Shown here: piece by piece, positions 55,488 through 64,000 of the stretch
Position numbering within the stretch: the first letter of the stretch is position 1
Layout of the letters: the number at the start of each line of letters is the position of its first letter
From: Candidatus Eiseniibacteriota bacterium
GTDB taxonomy: Bacteria; Eisenbacteria; RBG-16-71-46
Length of the DNA: 64,000 bases
Assembly (NCBI GenBank): GCA_031370785.1
Contig: JANMQY010000023.1
Span: 42,746-106,745 of the forward strand
Reading direction: 5' to 3'
Program-made: the position numbers and the translations under genes
The notes under the pieces: model-generated
Seen by the model: only the letters and a program-made list of their open reading frames with translations
What the model was told of the DNA's origin: nothing
Database searches by the model: none

Positions 55488-56081
55488 ATGAACCACACTT
55501 CGAGATTCATTCCCGCGCTCGCGCTGCTCGCGATCCTGTCTGCGCCGTCATGGGCGGCTCCGGTCGAAGTCGTTGGGATTCCCAACTTTCGCCAGGTGAA
55601 TGACCGCGTGTTCCGCGGCGCCCAGCCCAGCGACGAAGCCTGGCCGGGACTCGCAAAGCTGGGAGTCAAGACCGTCGTCGATCTCCGCCGTGCGAGCGAA
55701 CATTCGCTCTCGGCCGAATCGCTGGCCGTGCACGCTGCCGGCATGCGCTACGTCAGTTTTCCAATGAACGGCTTCGACACGCCTCAGCCGGACCAGATCG
55801 CGAAGGTCGTCGAGATCCTGAGCTCCGACGCGCCCGTGTTCGTTCACTGCAAGCTCGGGAAGGATCGGACGGGGGCGGTGATCGCGGCCTACCGCATCGC
55901 GCATGAGGGCTGGAAGAACGACAAGGCGCTGGACGAGGCTCTGACCTGCGGCATGCACTGGTACTCGGGCGGAATGAAGCGCTTCATCTCGGACTACCAG
56001 GTGGCGCCCAGGCCGGTCGCCGGGCCAGTTGCCGGCCCGCTCGCGCAGCCGCTCGCAGAGCCAGCGGCCACCCAGCACTGA
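55488..56081 (+). CDS. Secreted protein-tyrosine/dual-specificity phosphatase
   Basis: Signal peptide; NF..V..FRGAQP; HCKLGKDRTG P-loop. Confidence 0.9.
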   Translation: MNHTSRFIPALALLAILSAPSWAAPVEVVGIPNFRQVNDRVFRGAQPSDEAWPGLAKLGVKTVVDLRRASEHSLSAESLAVHAAGMRYVSFPMNGFDTPQPDQIAKVVEILSSDAPVFVHCKLGKDRTGAVIAAYRIAHEGWKNDKALDEALTCGMHWYSGGMKRFISDYQVAPRPVAGPVAGPLAQPLAEPAATQH

Positions 56082-56093
56082 CCTGCTGCTCGC

Positions 56094-56210
56094 CTACGAC
56101 GGCGTGTGCACGAGATGAGCCGAGACCACTGCCAGAAGGTTCTGGTAGGCCAGCGACTTGGCGACGTAGCCGTCGCACCCGGCAGCGCAAATCCGCTCTT
56201 CGTCGCCTTT
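56094..56210 (-). pseudogene. C-terminal fragment of a DivK/CheY-like receiver
   Basis: KGDEERICAAGCDGYVAKSLAYQNLLAVV; no N-terminal half. Confidence 0.65.
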
Positions 56211-56521
56211 TCTGAACGTGCCGAACTTGTCGTCGCTTCCCGGGCGCAGTGAGGAAAGGATGTTGGCGTGCGCGCCTCAACTGGCGCACCGTGACCTGGC
56301 GCATCCAGGCCCCTCGGCATCGGCAACGCACGCCTGTCCCGTTGATCGGCGCGGACCGAGGCATACTTGAGTTTCTCGTCTAAGCCGTGTCCCGAATTGC
56401 ACGGCCTCGGAGTACCCAGGTCCGAGTTTCTGGTCATGAAGGCAAGCGGCGGAGAGGTGGAATGCCCCGCTAACCCTCTGCGGTGGCAGGCACAGCCGGG
56501 TTGAGACCCCGGTACACCCGC

Positions 56522-56683
56522 GGCGTTGAAGACTCGGTCCACGGCGATCAGTTTGAGCAGGCCGACAACCGCGTCGTCTCGGGACTCCGCGCCAGCTACA
56601 CGTGGAGAACTCACCGGGCGGATCGATCAGTGGAGACCATCGCTGGCCTCGATGTACGCCATGACGACGTCGCGACGATTGGA
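56522..56683 (+). pseudogene. Internal fragment of a TonB-dependent receptor
   Basis: DSVHGDQFEQADNRVVSGLRASYTW...GLDVRHDDV resembles TBDR barrel strands (from recall). Confidence 0.5.
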
Positions 56684-56800
56684 ATCAGGTCGGCCCTTCT
56701 GCGCCCGATGATCACATTCAAGAGTGCCATCTCGTCGGGGTTGAGTCTCATTCAGTGTCCTCCGGCGACACAGTTCAGTGCTAGCGACAAGCGATCTTGC

Positions 56801-57889
56801 CTATCCATGCACTAGCACGCGTTGCGTGAACCACCAAGCTCCCGCGATCGCCACGCCCCACGACCCGGCCGCGACAACCCGCGGCGCAATTCGTGCGGCG
56901 TGGGCGCGCAGCACTGCGAGCAGCGGCGCCACCGCGAGCACGATGCAGGCCTGACCGGCTTCGACACCCAGGTTGAAGCCGAGCAGCGACCACCCGAGCG
57001 ACTCGCGCGGCAGTCCGAACTCGCGCAGCACACTCGCGAACCCGAACCCGTGCACGAATCCGAAAGCGAACGCGATCAGCGCGCGCCGGTCGGGTCCGCG
57101 GCCGCGGGTCCGTAGATTGTCGAGGCCCACGAAAACGATGCTAAGGGCGATCAGCGGCTCGATCAGTCGTGCGGGCGGATTCACGATATTCAAGGTAGCG
57201 AGCGCAAGCGTCAGGCTGTGGGCGATCGTAAACCCGGTCACGATCTTGACGAGCCGCGATAGGCTTCCGCCGAGCAGCAGCAGCCCGATCACGAACAGAA
57301 TGTGATCCGGCCCGAAGAAGATGTGTTGGATTCCAGCGGGAATGAACGTCTCGAGTACCGCGATCGCGCCTGAATCCCCGCGAGTGAACACGTCGGTGTC
57401 GGAGCGACTCGCGTCCAGCACTGCCTGCCCCACCACCCGCCCGTCCTGGTAAACATTCAGAAACGTTTCGTGCTGGAGATCCTGCGGGAAGAGCCGCGCA
57501 TGCACGTGAAGCCGGCCCGGCACGCCTCGCATCGGTGCGCGATACCGCAGCACGATCGCAGTGCGGTCGGGCACCGGCTCGGCGGACTCCCACTCCAGTG
57601 CGAGCGGCTGGGCTCCTGCGGAGAGCTGCAGTCGCGCCGCGAGCACGCCTGCGAGCTTCGGGCCCGCTTGCGCGAGGAACGGCGCGCTCATGAGCGATTC
57701 GGGCGCCGGAACGCCAATCGCGGAGGCCGCATCAATGCGATGCACTGTGAGGCCCAGCTCCAGGGCGGTGGGCTCGAGTCGCAGATCCGCCCAGGAGAAA
57801 GGCTGGTCATGCGCCGCGACCGACGAGGCGCCGAGCAAGGCGGCAAACGCGGAGGCACAGGCACAGCGGAGAACACGCGCGGCGCTCAT
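56801..57889 (-). CDS. HupE/UreJ family protein
   Basis: AAH signal end; GIQHIFFGPDHILF, TGFTIAHSLTL, FGFVHGFGFA, FNLGVEAGQ. Confidence 0.92.
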   Translation of the reverse strand: MSAARVLRCACASAFAALLGASSVAAHDQPFSWADLRLEPTALELGLTVHRIDAASAIGVPAPESLMSAPFLAQAGPKLAGVLAARLQLSAGAQPLALEWESAEPVPDRTAIVLRYRAPMRGVPGRLHVHARLFPQDLQHETFLNVYQDGRVVGQAVLDASRSDTDVFTRGDSGAIAVLETFIPAGIQHIFFGPDHILFVIGLLLLGGSLSRLVKIVTGFTIAHSLTLALATLNIVNPPARLIEPLIALSIVFVGLDNLRTRGRGPDRRALIAFAFGFVHGFGFASVLREFGLPRESLGWSLLGFNLGVEAGQACIVLAVAPLLAVLRAHAARIAPRVVAAGSWGVAIAGAWWFTQRVLVHG

Positions 57890-58755
57890 CGAGAGCTCGA
57901 CTCGCGAGCGCGGGTGAATAGGAGCGACGCCCATGTGCTCTCCCAGTCCGCGATGGCTGGATCAGGGCAGGTCTGCATGTGCACCACGCTCACGAGCCAC
58001 TCGCCAGCCCCTGCGATCGGCGCGGCGACTTCTCCCCGTGAGTCGCTGCGCCCCTGCCAGGAGGCCCCGACCGAGTCACGTTTGGCCGGATCCTGCGGCA
58101 GGCCGTTTGCGTCGAACGGCGAGTGCCACACACGCACGAGCGCGTCCGCCAACGGGCGCCCATCGAGGACGACGCGCAAGCGCAACGAAGGCGAGGCGCC
58201 GGGCCGCTCAAGCGGCACGATCTCGAGAGGAAACCCGAGCGGCTCTGTGGCCCTGCCGGCGTTCGAGCCGTCGAGCCACGCCTTCGCGCACCGCCGGTAA
58301 CGCTCGCGGCCGGGACCATTCATGTGGCTGCGCTGTCGCGCGGACAGCGGCGCGTCGAGACCCTCGAGGGCGAGGTAGGCGTCGAACTGGGTCCCCGGAA
58401 GCTCGATCGGCGAAAAGTCGGACTGGTAGCCGAACATCGCGCCGCCGGCGTCCGAGGGCGCAAAACGCGCCCATACGAGTTTCCCGCTGCCCGCGACGCG
58501 AGCCAGGTCGAGAGATCGCGCCGCTCGCACCACCATCCGGACGCAGCGCGGCGGCGAGAACGGCTTCCGCTCGCCGCGGAAGCCGGTTCCTGCGAGCGCC
58601 CCGACCTGAACCTCGCGAGTCTGCGGCAGCCCGGGTGTGAGCGAGAGCCAGTACTCGTGGGCCCCCGCAGGCATCGGGGCGCCGAGTGTGATGGCAGCAA
58701 GGACCGCGGCGATCAGGCTCACGGGACGGGGTGGGATGGCAGGACGAGTGCGCAC
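57886..58755 (-). CDS. DUF4198 (NikM-like) periplasmic protein
   Basis: AHEYWL mature N-terminus, FDAYLALEG, ERYRRCAKA, LEIVPL, ADWESTWASL; start uncertain. Confidence 0.85.
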   Translation of the reverse strand: MRTRPAIPPRPVSLIAAVLAAITLGAPMPAGAHEYWLSLTPGLPQTREVQVGALAGTGFRGERKPFSPPRCVRMVVRAARSLDLARVAGSGKLVWARFAPSDAGGAMFGYQSDFSPIELPGTQFDAYLALEGLDAPLSARQRSHMNGPGRERYRRCAKAWLDGSNAGRATEPLGFPLEIVPLERPGASPSLRLRVVLDGRPLADALVRVWHSPFDANGLPQDPAKRDSVGASWQGRSDSRGEVAAPIAGAGEWLVSVVHMQTCPDPAIADWESTWASLLFTRARESSSR

Positions 58756-58763
58756 GCTCACTA

Positions 58764-58793
58764 CTACGGAGAGAAAGATGGACTGGATGAGCC
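58764..58793 (-). promoter_or_regulatory. Putative SigK-type ECF promoter
   Basis: GGCTCATCC-N15-CCGTAG. Confidence 0.7.
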
Positions 58794-58799
58794 GGGAAA

Positions 58800-59609
58800 T
58801 CAGCTCCCCAGCCTTCCTATCATCACGACCGGTCCGCCGGGCGCGTTCGGATTCCCTGAGCCTCCGGTGTGCTCGAGCGAGACCGCGAACGCCTGCACCG
58901 CTGCCGGGTCGTCGACACGGTCCAGCTTGACGACTGCGCGGCCCGCGGCGTCTGGGTGGATCAGGCCGAGGCTCGCGGGCCCGGCGCCGCGAATCGCCCA
59001 GAGCTCGTAGTCCGAGCCGGTCGGCGCGACGAAATTCTCGAACACGATGATGGCCCGGCCGCTGGCACGGTCGAATGTGGCGCGCGCGCGCAACACCGTG
59101 GCACCCGCGGGTGTGAGAGTGAGGTCGACGACCTTCGCGTCGGGTGAATCCAGCAGGGCGACCCAGCGGCTCGTTTCGTCGAGCCGGGTGTGGAGCCGGG
59201 CGAGTTCGGCTTCCTTGTATGCCACGGTCGCGCGTAGCACCTGGTTCGCCCGCCACGCCGTCACCGTGACAACAGCCAGCACGACCGCGGCCGCGGCCCA
59301 TGCCCAGATCGCGTACGACGAACGCCGGCGCGGCTCGAGCCTGAGAACCTTTGCAACGTCGGGCGCTCGGGCCGCGCCCTCGCCTCGCACCGCATCGAGT
59401 ATGCGCGCCCGCAATGCCTCGGGAGGCACGGAGGAAGGCGCGACCGAGGCGAGCACGGGCAGGGCTTCCGACAGCCGCGCGATTTCCGCTTCGCACTCCG
59501 AGCAGCCGTCGCTCCGGTGCGCCTCGAGCTCGAGTCGGTCGGCCTCATCGAGGCAGCCGAGCACGAATGCCGCGCACAGATCGAGATGCTGTTCGCGATG
59601 AGCGCTCAC
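58800..59609 (-). CDS. RskA-like anti-sigma factor with zinc-binding N-domain
   Basis: H..CAAFVLG.L..HRSDGCSEC, TM, DYELWAI, FAVSLE..GGS..P.GPVVM. Confidence 0.9.
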   Translation of the reverse strand: MSAHREQHLDLCAAFVLGCLDEADRLELEAHRSDGCSECEAEIARLSEALPVLASVAPSSVPPEALRARILDAVRGEGAARAPDVAKVLRLEPRRRSSYAIWAWAAAAVVLAVVTVTAWRANQVLRATVAYKEAELARLHTRLDETSRWVALLDSPDAKVVDLTLTPAGATVLRARATFDRASGRAIIVFENFVAPTGSDYELWAIRGAGPASLGLIHPDAAGRAVVKLDRVDDPAAVQAFAVSLEHTGGSGNPNAPGGPVVMIGRLGS

Positions 59610-60166
59610 GGGCGCTCCTCCTGAGGTACGAGGTCTCGCAGACGAGACAGAGCCTGGCGCGTCCATGACTTGACTGTTCCGAGCGGTGCTCCGAGACGCA
59701 CCGCGATTTCCGACTGCGAGAGACCCGTGAAGTAAGCGAGCTGCAGTACCTCACGCTGCTGCGCCGGCAGTGCCGAGAGCGCCACGGTCATCTGCTCCTG
59801 CACCTGGAGCTGGGTCACGCGAACAGGTGGTTCGCTCGTCCGAGCCGGCGGCTCAATGTGCTCCGAGGCTTCTGCGCGCTGCCGCGACATCCGGCTGCGC
59901 AACCGGTCGATCGCGCGGCTGCGCGCCAGCGTCAGCAACCAGCCCACAACCGTTCCTCGTGATGGCTGATAGGTGTCGGCGCTGCGCCATACCTGGAGCC
60001 AGGCATCCTGCAAGACCTCCTCGGCGTCGGGGGCCTTCCCGACGATTCGCAGCACCATCGACCACAGCATCGGATTGTGGCGGTCGTAGAGCTCCTCGAA
60101 CGCCTTCATATCACCGACCCGGAGCCGGTCGATGCATGAACGGTCGCGATCTTGATCCTTCATCAC
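59606..60166 (-). CDS. ECF sigma factor (SigK-like)
   Basis: AEEVLQDAWLQVW, WLLTLARSRAIDRLR, LAYFTGLSQSEIA..PLGTVKS. Confidence 0.95.
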   Translation of the reverse strand: MMKDQDRDRSCIDRLRVGDMKAFEELYDRHNPMLWSMVLRIVGKAPDAEEVLQDAWLQVWRSADTYQPSRGTVVGWLLTLARSRAIDRLRSRMSRQRAEASEHIEPPARTSEPPVRVTQLQVQEQMTVALSALPAQQREVLQLAYFTGLSQSEIAVRLGAPLGTVKSWTRQALSRLRDLVPQEERP

Positions 60167-60202
60167 GAAGCGTTCGACCTCGCGGTTGGTCCCTCGTTCT
60201 CA

Positions 60203-60230
60203 CTACGACGCCCGGCCGCGAGCGGACGAG
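60203..60230 (-). promoter_or_regulatory. Degenerate autoregulatory ECF promoter
   Basis: CTCGTCC-N15-TCGTAG. Confidence 0.55.
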
Positions 60231-60347
60231 ACCGAGGGAGCGACTGATGCAGGATGCGACCCGGCTGAGGTTCCATGGACATCCTGAGAATGAACATAGG
60301 GAGTCGGTGCAACGGATTCAAGACGAGGCGTCCGGATCGCAGCAATT

Positions 60348-60377
60348 GGCTCATCCGGCTCGACCCCTGCTCCGTAG
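60348..60377 (+). promoter_or_regulatory. Putative SigK-type ECF promoter for the DUF4331 gene
   Basis: GGCTCATCC-N15-CCGTAG. Confidence 0.7.
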
Positions 60378-60509
60378 CTGAAGAGTCGTCACGACCGGTT
60401 GAAGCGCTGCAGCGCCCCGTCTGCGAGGCGCGCCGGTCTCGACCGCGGCTCCCTCGAGCCACGCTCACGCCCTTCCCGTGAAGTTTGCGGGAGAAAGGTA
60501 AGGAACGCG

Positions 60510-62237
60510 ATGCATCGACGATTCTTCGGAGCGATACCGGCCCTCGCGCTCATGCTGGCTGCCGGATTCCCCTCCGCACCCGTGCACGCCTCGAGCCACA
60601 GCGAGGCCCCCGGCACTTCCAAGGACCGCCTCGCCGACGACACCGACCTCTACGCCTGGGTGGCACCCGACGCGCCCAACGCGGTCACGTTCGTTGGCAA
60701 CTGGGTGCCGCTCATCGAGCCCAACAGTGGCCCCAACTTCGTGACCTTCGACGACAATGCGAGTTACTACATCAACATCGACAACGTGGGCGACGCGAAG
60801 AAGCACATCCGCTACGAGTTCAAATTCAACACCACGCGCCAGAATCCGAACACGTTCCTGTACAACACCGGGGTCGTGAACTCGCTCACCGATCCAACCC
60901 TCAACGTGCGCCAGACCTACACCGTGACGCGCATCGTGAACGGTAGCGAGAGTACGTATGGGCCATTCCCGGTGGCACCGCCATTCGTAGGTCCGACTTC
61001 GATGCCGCGTTACCAGGCGCTCGCGCAGTCGGCGATCACCATGCTGCCCGACGGCACCAAGATCTTTGTGGGCCCGCGCGACGATCCGTTCTTCGTGGAC
61101 CTGGCCGCGATCTTCGATCTGCTCACCATCCGCAAGGTCCCAGGTAATAAGGGCCACGGTGTGGACGGCGTGAGCGGCTACGACGTGATGAGCATCGTGC
61201 TCCAGGTGCCCAAGAGTCTGCTCACCAGGGACGGGATGAACCCGAGCGCCAGCCTCCACAACGAGATCATCGGCATCTGGGACACAGCCGAGCGTCCTCA
61301 GACGCGAATCATCAACGGCGACGGGACGATTTCGCAGAGCGGTCCCGATGCCCAGGTCTCGCGCCTCGGCATGCCGCTCGTGAACGAGGTCGTGATCCCG
61401 CTCAAGGACAAGGACAAGTTCAACGCCAGCGAGCCCGCCAATGATGTCGCCAACTTTGGCACCTATATCCTGGACCCCGAGCTAGCGAAGCTCTTCCACG
61501 CGATCTTTGGCCTCACCGTACCGGCCGCGCCGCGCACCGACCTGGTGACCGTGTTCGCGACCGGCATCCCGGGTCTGAACCAGCCCCAGGGAGTAAGCCC
61601 CGGCGAGATGTTGCGTCTCAACATGACGATCGCGCCGGCGACGACGCCCAGCCGCTTCGGAGTGATTGCCGGTGATAATGCCGGGTTCCCGAATGGCCGG
61701 CGCTTGTTCGACGACATCGTGGACATCTCGGAGCGCGTGGTTGCGGGCGGCTACGTTCTTACGCCGGCCACCAACGTGGCGCCGAACAACCAGCTCGGCG
61801 ATGGCATCGACGCCAACGATAAGCCGTTCCTGCCGCACTTCCCCTACCTTGCGCCGCCAAACGATCCGTTCCACAACGAACTGCACGACGAACGCGGCGA
61901 GCACTTGGGGGACATCGACCAGAACCGCGAGGACGATCACGGCCGCGAATCAGTCGCGCCGGTGTCGGCGACCATCGAGGTCGCGAGCAGCAGCTCCGGC
62001 TCGCAGGCGGTGCTCCAGTACACGCTCCCCGCGAACGGCAATGTGTCGCTCAAGATCTACGACCTGCAGGGGCGGATTGTGCGCACGCTCGTAGACCAGG
62101 ACGCCGCCGCTGGCACCTTCCGCGCCACGTGGGACGGGCGTCTCCAGACCGGCAGTATGGCGACGAAGAGCGTGTTCTTCGCCCGGCTGGTCGTCAACGG
62201 GAAGGCCGCCGACGTGAAGAAGATCGTGATTCGATAG
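60510..62237 (+). CDS. DUF4331 protein with C-terminal FlgD-Ig domain
   Basis: ASSHSEAP, D.TDLYAW, GPRDDPFFVDL, QVSRLGMPLVNEV, GFPNGRR; IYDLQGRIVR..WDG tail. Confidence 0.92.
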   Translation: MHRRFFGAIPALALMLAAGFPSAPVHASSHSEAPGTSKDRLADDTDLYAWVAPDAPNAVTFVGNWVPLIEPNSGPNFVTFDDNASYYINIDNVGDAKKHIRYEFKFNTTRQNPNTFLYNTGVVNSLTDPTLNVRQTYTVTRIVNGSESTYGPFPVAPPFVGPTSMPRYQALAQSAITMLPDGTKIFVGPRDDPFFVDLAAIFDLLTIRKVPGNKGHGVDGVSGYDVMSIVLQVPKSLLTRDGMNPSASLHNEIIGIWDTAERPQTRIINGDGTISQSGPDAQVSRLGMPLVNEVVIPLKDKDKFNASEPANDVANFGTYILDPELAKLFHAIFGLTVPAAPRTDLVTVFATGIPGLNQPQGVSPGEMLRLNMTIAPATTPSRFGVIAGDNAGFPNGRRLFDDIVDISERVVAGGYVLTPATNVAPNNQLGDGIDANDKPFLPHFPYLAPPNDPFHNELHDERGEHLGDIDQNREDDHGRESVAPVSATIEVASSSSGSQAVLQYTLPANGNVSLKIYDLQGRIVRTLVDQDAAAGTFRATWDGRLQTGSMATKSVFFARLVVNGKAADVKKIVIR

Positions 62238-62334
62238 CGTACTTCCGGCGATTGCGCGGGGCGCACCGGATGGTGGAACGGGCAGGCACGAAATTCACGA
62301 TACTTGGCGACGAAGACATCGCTGCAACAGAGAT

Positions 62335-62377
62335 GCGAGCGCCCCAGCGGGGATAGCCTGCTGGGGCGCTCGCGTTT
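62335..62377 (+). terminator. Probable terminator
   Basis: GCGAGCGCCCCAGC...GCTGGGGCGCTCGC followed by GTTT. Confidence 0.6.
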
Positions 62378-62549
62378 ATGCAGGTGAACCGCGCCGGTTT
62401 TCCTCGAGAGCTCGTTGCGTGAGTACTTCGGTTCGGGCTCGGTCGTGAGGCCCAAGGCCAGCGCGAAGGCCGATCCTGAATTGCCGGTGGCCCCATTCAC
62501 ATCCACGTGAAAGCTGGCCCGCGACTCTCCGTCGGCCATGAAGCCGCGG

Positions 62550-62730
62550 ACCGCGATCGTGCCAAACCGGGGTGAGCACCTCGCGCTGCCGTCGAGGCAG
62601 TCGTCGAAGCTCGGCTCGACGCCCGCCCGCCGAATGACGCCCGGCCATCCAGGACATTCAAGTACGCCGTCTGTATCACTTGATCAGCCTCCTCACGGTC
62701 CCATCGGCAGCAGCCTCTCAAGGTTGACTG
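62550..62730 (-). pseudogene. Degraded ECF sigma factor
   Basis: Region 2-like CCRWDREEADQVIQTAYLNVLDG..FGGR joined out of frame to region 4-like LPRRQREVL. Confidence 0.6.
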
Positions 62731-62806
62731 CCCGAGGTTCCGCGCCGGATATTGCACGATCGAGTGCGGGATGTTGTCCAATGGCTGGCATGACCCGGAG
62801 ATGCCA

Positions 62807-64000
62807 ATGCGAGCTTGGTTGCCGATCATCGTGAGTCTTGTTGTCCTCGGTTCGCCGGCGTCGACTCATGCACAGGGCGAGCATTCGCATGAGGCGGGCG
62901 ACCTCGGCCGCGTGGGGCAGGCGCACTTTCCCGTGACGTGTGCGCCCGAGCTCCAGGGGGATTTCGATCGCGCGGTGGCGATCCTCCACTCATTCTTCTA
63001 CGAGGAATCCGAGCGCCAGTTCGCCTCCATCGCCTCCCGTGATCCACATTGCGCGATGGCCTGGTGGGGCGTCGCCATGAGTCTCTGGCACCCACTGTGG
63101 GAACCGCCCGACTCCACGTCGCTCGCGCGTGGGTGGACTGCGATCCAGCGCGCCGACTCGCTCGGCACCGGCACCGAGCGCGAGCGCGCCTACATCGGTG
63201 CGCTCGCCAGTTTCTACCGGAACTGGGACCACGTGGACCATCGTACTCGCGCGCTCGCCTACGAGCGCGAGATGGAGCAGCTGCACAAAGCGTTCCCTAC
63301 GGATACCGAGGCCGCGATCTTCTACGCGCTGGCGCTCAACGCCACGCTCCAGTACAGCGACAAGTCCTGCGCTCAGCAGCGTCGCGCCGGCGCGATCCTC
63401 GAACCCATCTACGCAAAGCAGCCGGATCACCCGGGCGCCGCGCACTACCTCATTCACAGTTATGACTTTCCGACGCTTGCGTCACGAGCGCTGCCCATGG
63501 CGCGGCATTACGCCGATGTCGCGCCCCATGTGCCGCACGCACTCCACATGCCGTCCCACATCTTCACGCGCCTTGGAATGTGGGACGAGTGCATCCGCTC
63601 GAATCTGGATGCCGCCCAGGCCAGCCGGGAATATTCCGCCACCCACTATGGCGGGGCCGTGTACTACGACGCGGTCCACGCGTGGGATTATCTCGAGTAC
63701 GCCTACCTGCAGAAGGCTCAGGTCCGCCAGTCGCGGGCGATTCGCGACAGGGTGGTGGCGATCCGACGCGTCAGCCAGCAGACGCAGTCGTTCTACTACG
63801 CGCTCACCTCGGTGCCGGCTCGCTACGCGCTCGAGCGGCACGCGTGGAGTGAGGCAGCTGCGCTCGAGCTCCCATCGGGCTGGAGCTGGGATCGATATCC
63901 CTGGACCGAGGCGACGACGGAGTTCGCCCGGGCGCTCGGTGCCGCGCGCTCCGGTCGCACGGAGATTGCACGCGCGGCGATCTCACGACTGGCCGCGATT
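62807..64000 (+). CDS. Secreted TPR-like protein (3' partial; absent from the ORF track)
   Basis: MRAWLPIIVSL signal; HFPVTC...FDRAVAILHSFFY, CAMAWWG, PDHPGAAHYLIH, HALHMPSHIF; frame open to the window edge. Confidence 0.85.
   Translation, partial: MRAWLPIIVSLVVLGSPASTHAQGEHSHEAGDLGRVGQAHFPVTCAPELQGDFDRAVAILHSFFYEESERQFASIASRDPHCAMAWWGVAMSLWHPLWEPPDSTSLARGWTAIQRADSLGTGTERERAYIGALASFYRNWDHVDHRTRALAYEREMEQLHKAFPTDTEAAIFYALALNATLQYSDKSCAQQRRAGAILEPIYAKQPDHPGAAHYLIHSYDFPTLASRALPMARHYADVAPHVPHALHMPSHIFTRLGMWDECIRSNLDAAQASREYSATHYGGAVYYDAVHAWDYLEYAYLQKAQVRQSRAIRDRVVAIRRVSQQTQSFYYALTSVPARYALERHAWSEAAALELPSGWSWDRYPWTEATTEFARALGAARSGRTEIARAAISRLAAI

Noticed and set aside
1..64000. Long antisense and alternate-frame ORFs (e.g. 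46704-49298 +, 12025-13671 -, 32762-34516 -)
   Set aside because: Arg/Ala/Pro-rich shadows of real genes, expected at high GC; no motifs.
1..64000. CRISPR array, rRNA, IS/transposase, integrase, prophage
   Set aside because: None seen; the 27-bp periodicity at 49.4-50.2 kb is coding, and the satD palindromes lack unique CRISPR-length spacers.

Overview
High-GC bacterial chromosomal segment with about 58 CDS. I found no rRNA, tRNA, CRISPR array or transposase. Several secreted proteins end in FlgD-Ig/T9SS-like domains, five GT-C membrane glycosyltransferases are present and D-S/T-x sequons are dense, which points to an FCB-affiliated candidate lineage (Ca. Eisenbacteria-like; inference only). 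Highlights: (1) an unannotated 44-aa RiPP-like peptide gene next to an LpxL-family acyltransferase with a possible RRE-like tail, followed by an in-frame 47-aa membrane peptide ending FICFQF and preceded by an ABC/HlyD exporter; (2) a SatD + DUF3307 pair, each gene preceded by the same tandem 20-bp palindromes; (3) two ECF sigma modules whose candidate promoters can be read directly as repeated motifs, one linked to a 9-residue-repeat protein, a zincin/propeller/barrel protein, PrsW and RsbW/RsbV, the other to DUF4331, DUF4198 and HupE; (4) two cold-shock genes sharing a structured leader; (5) an orphan BMC-T shell gene; (6) a lower-GC HEPN islet; (7) several decayed gene fragments. All calls come from reading motifs by eye; no database searches were run.
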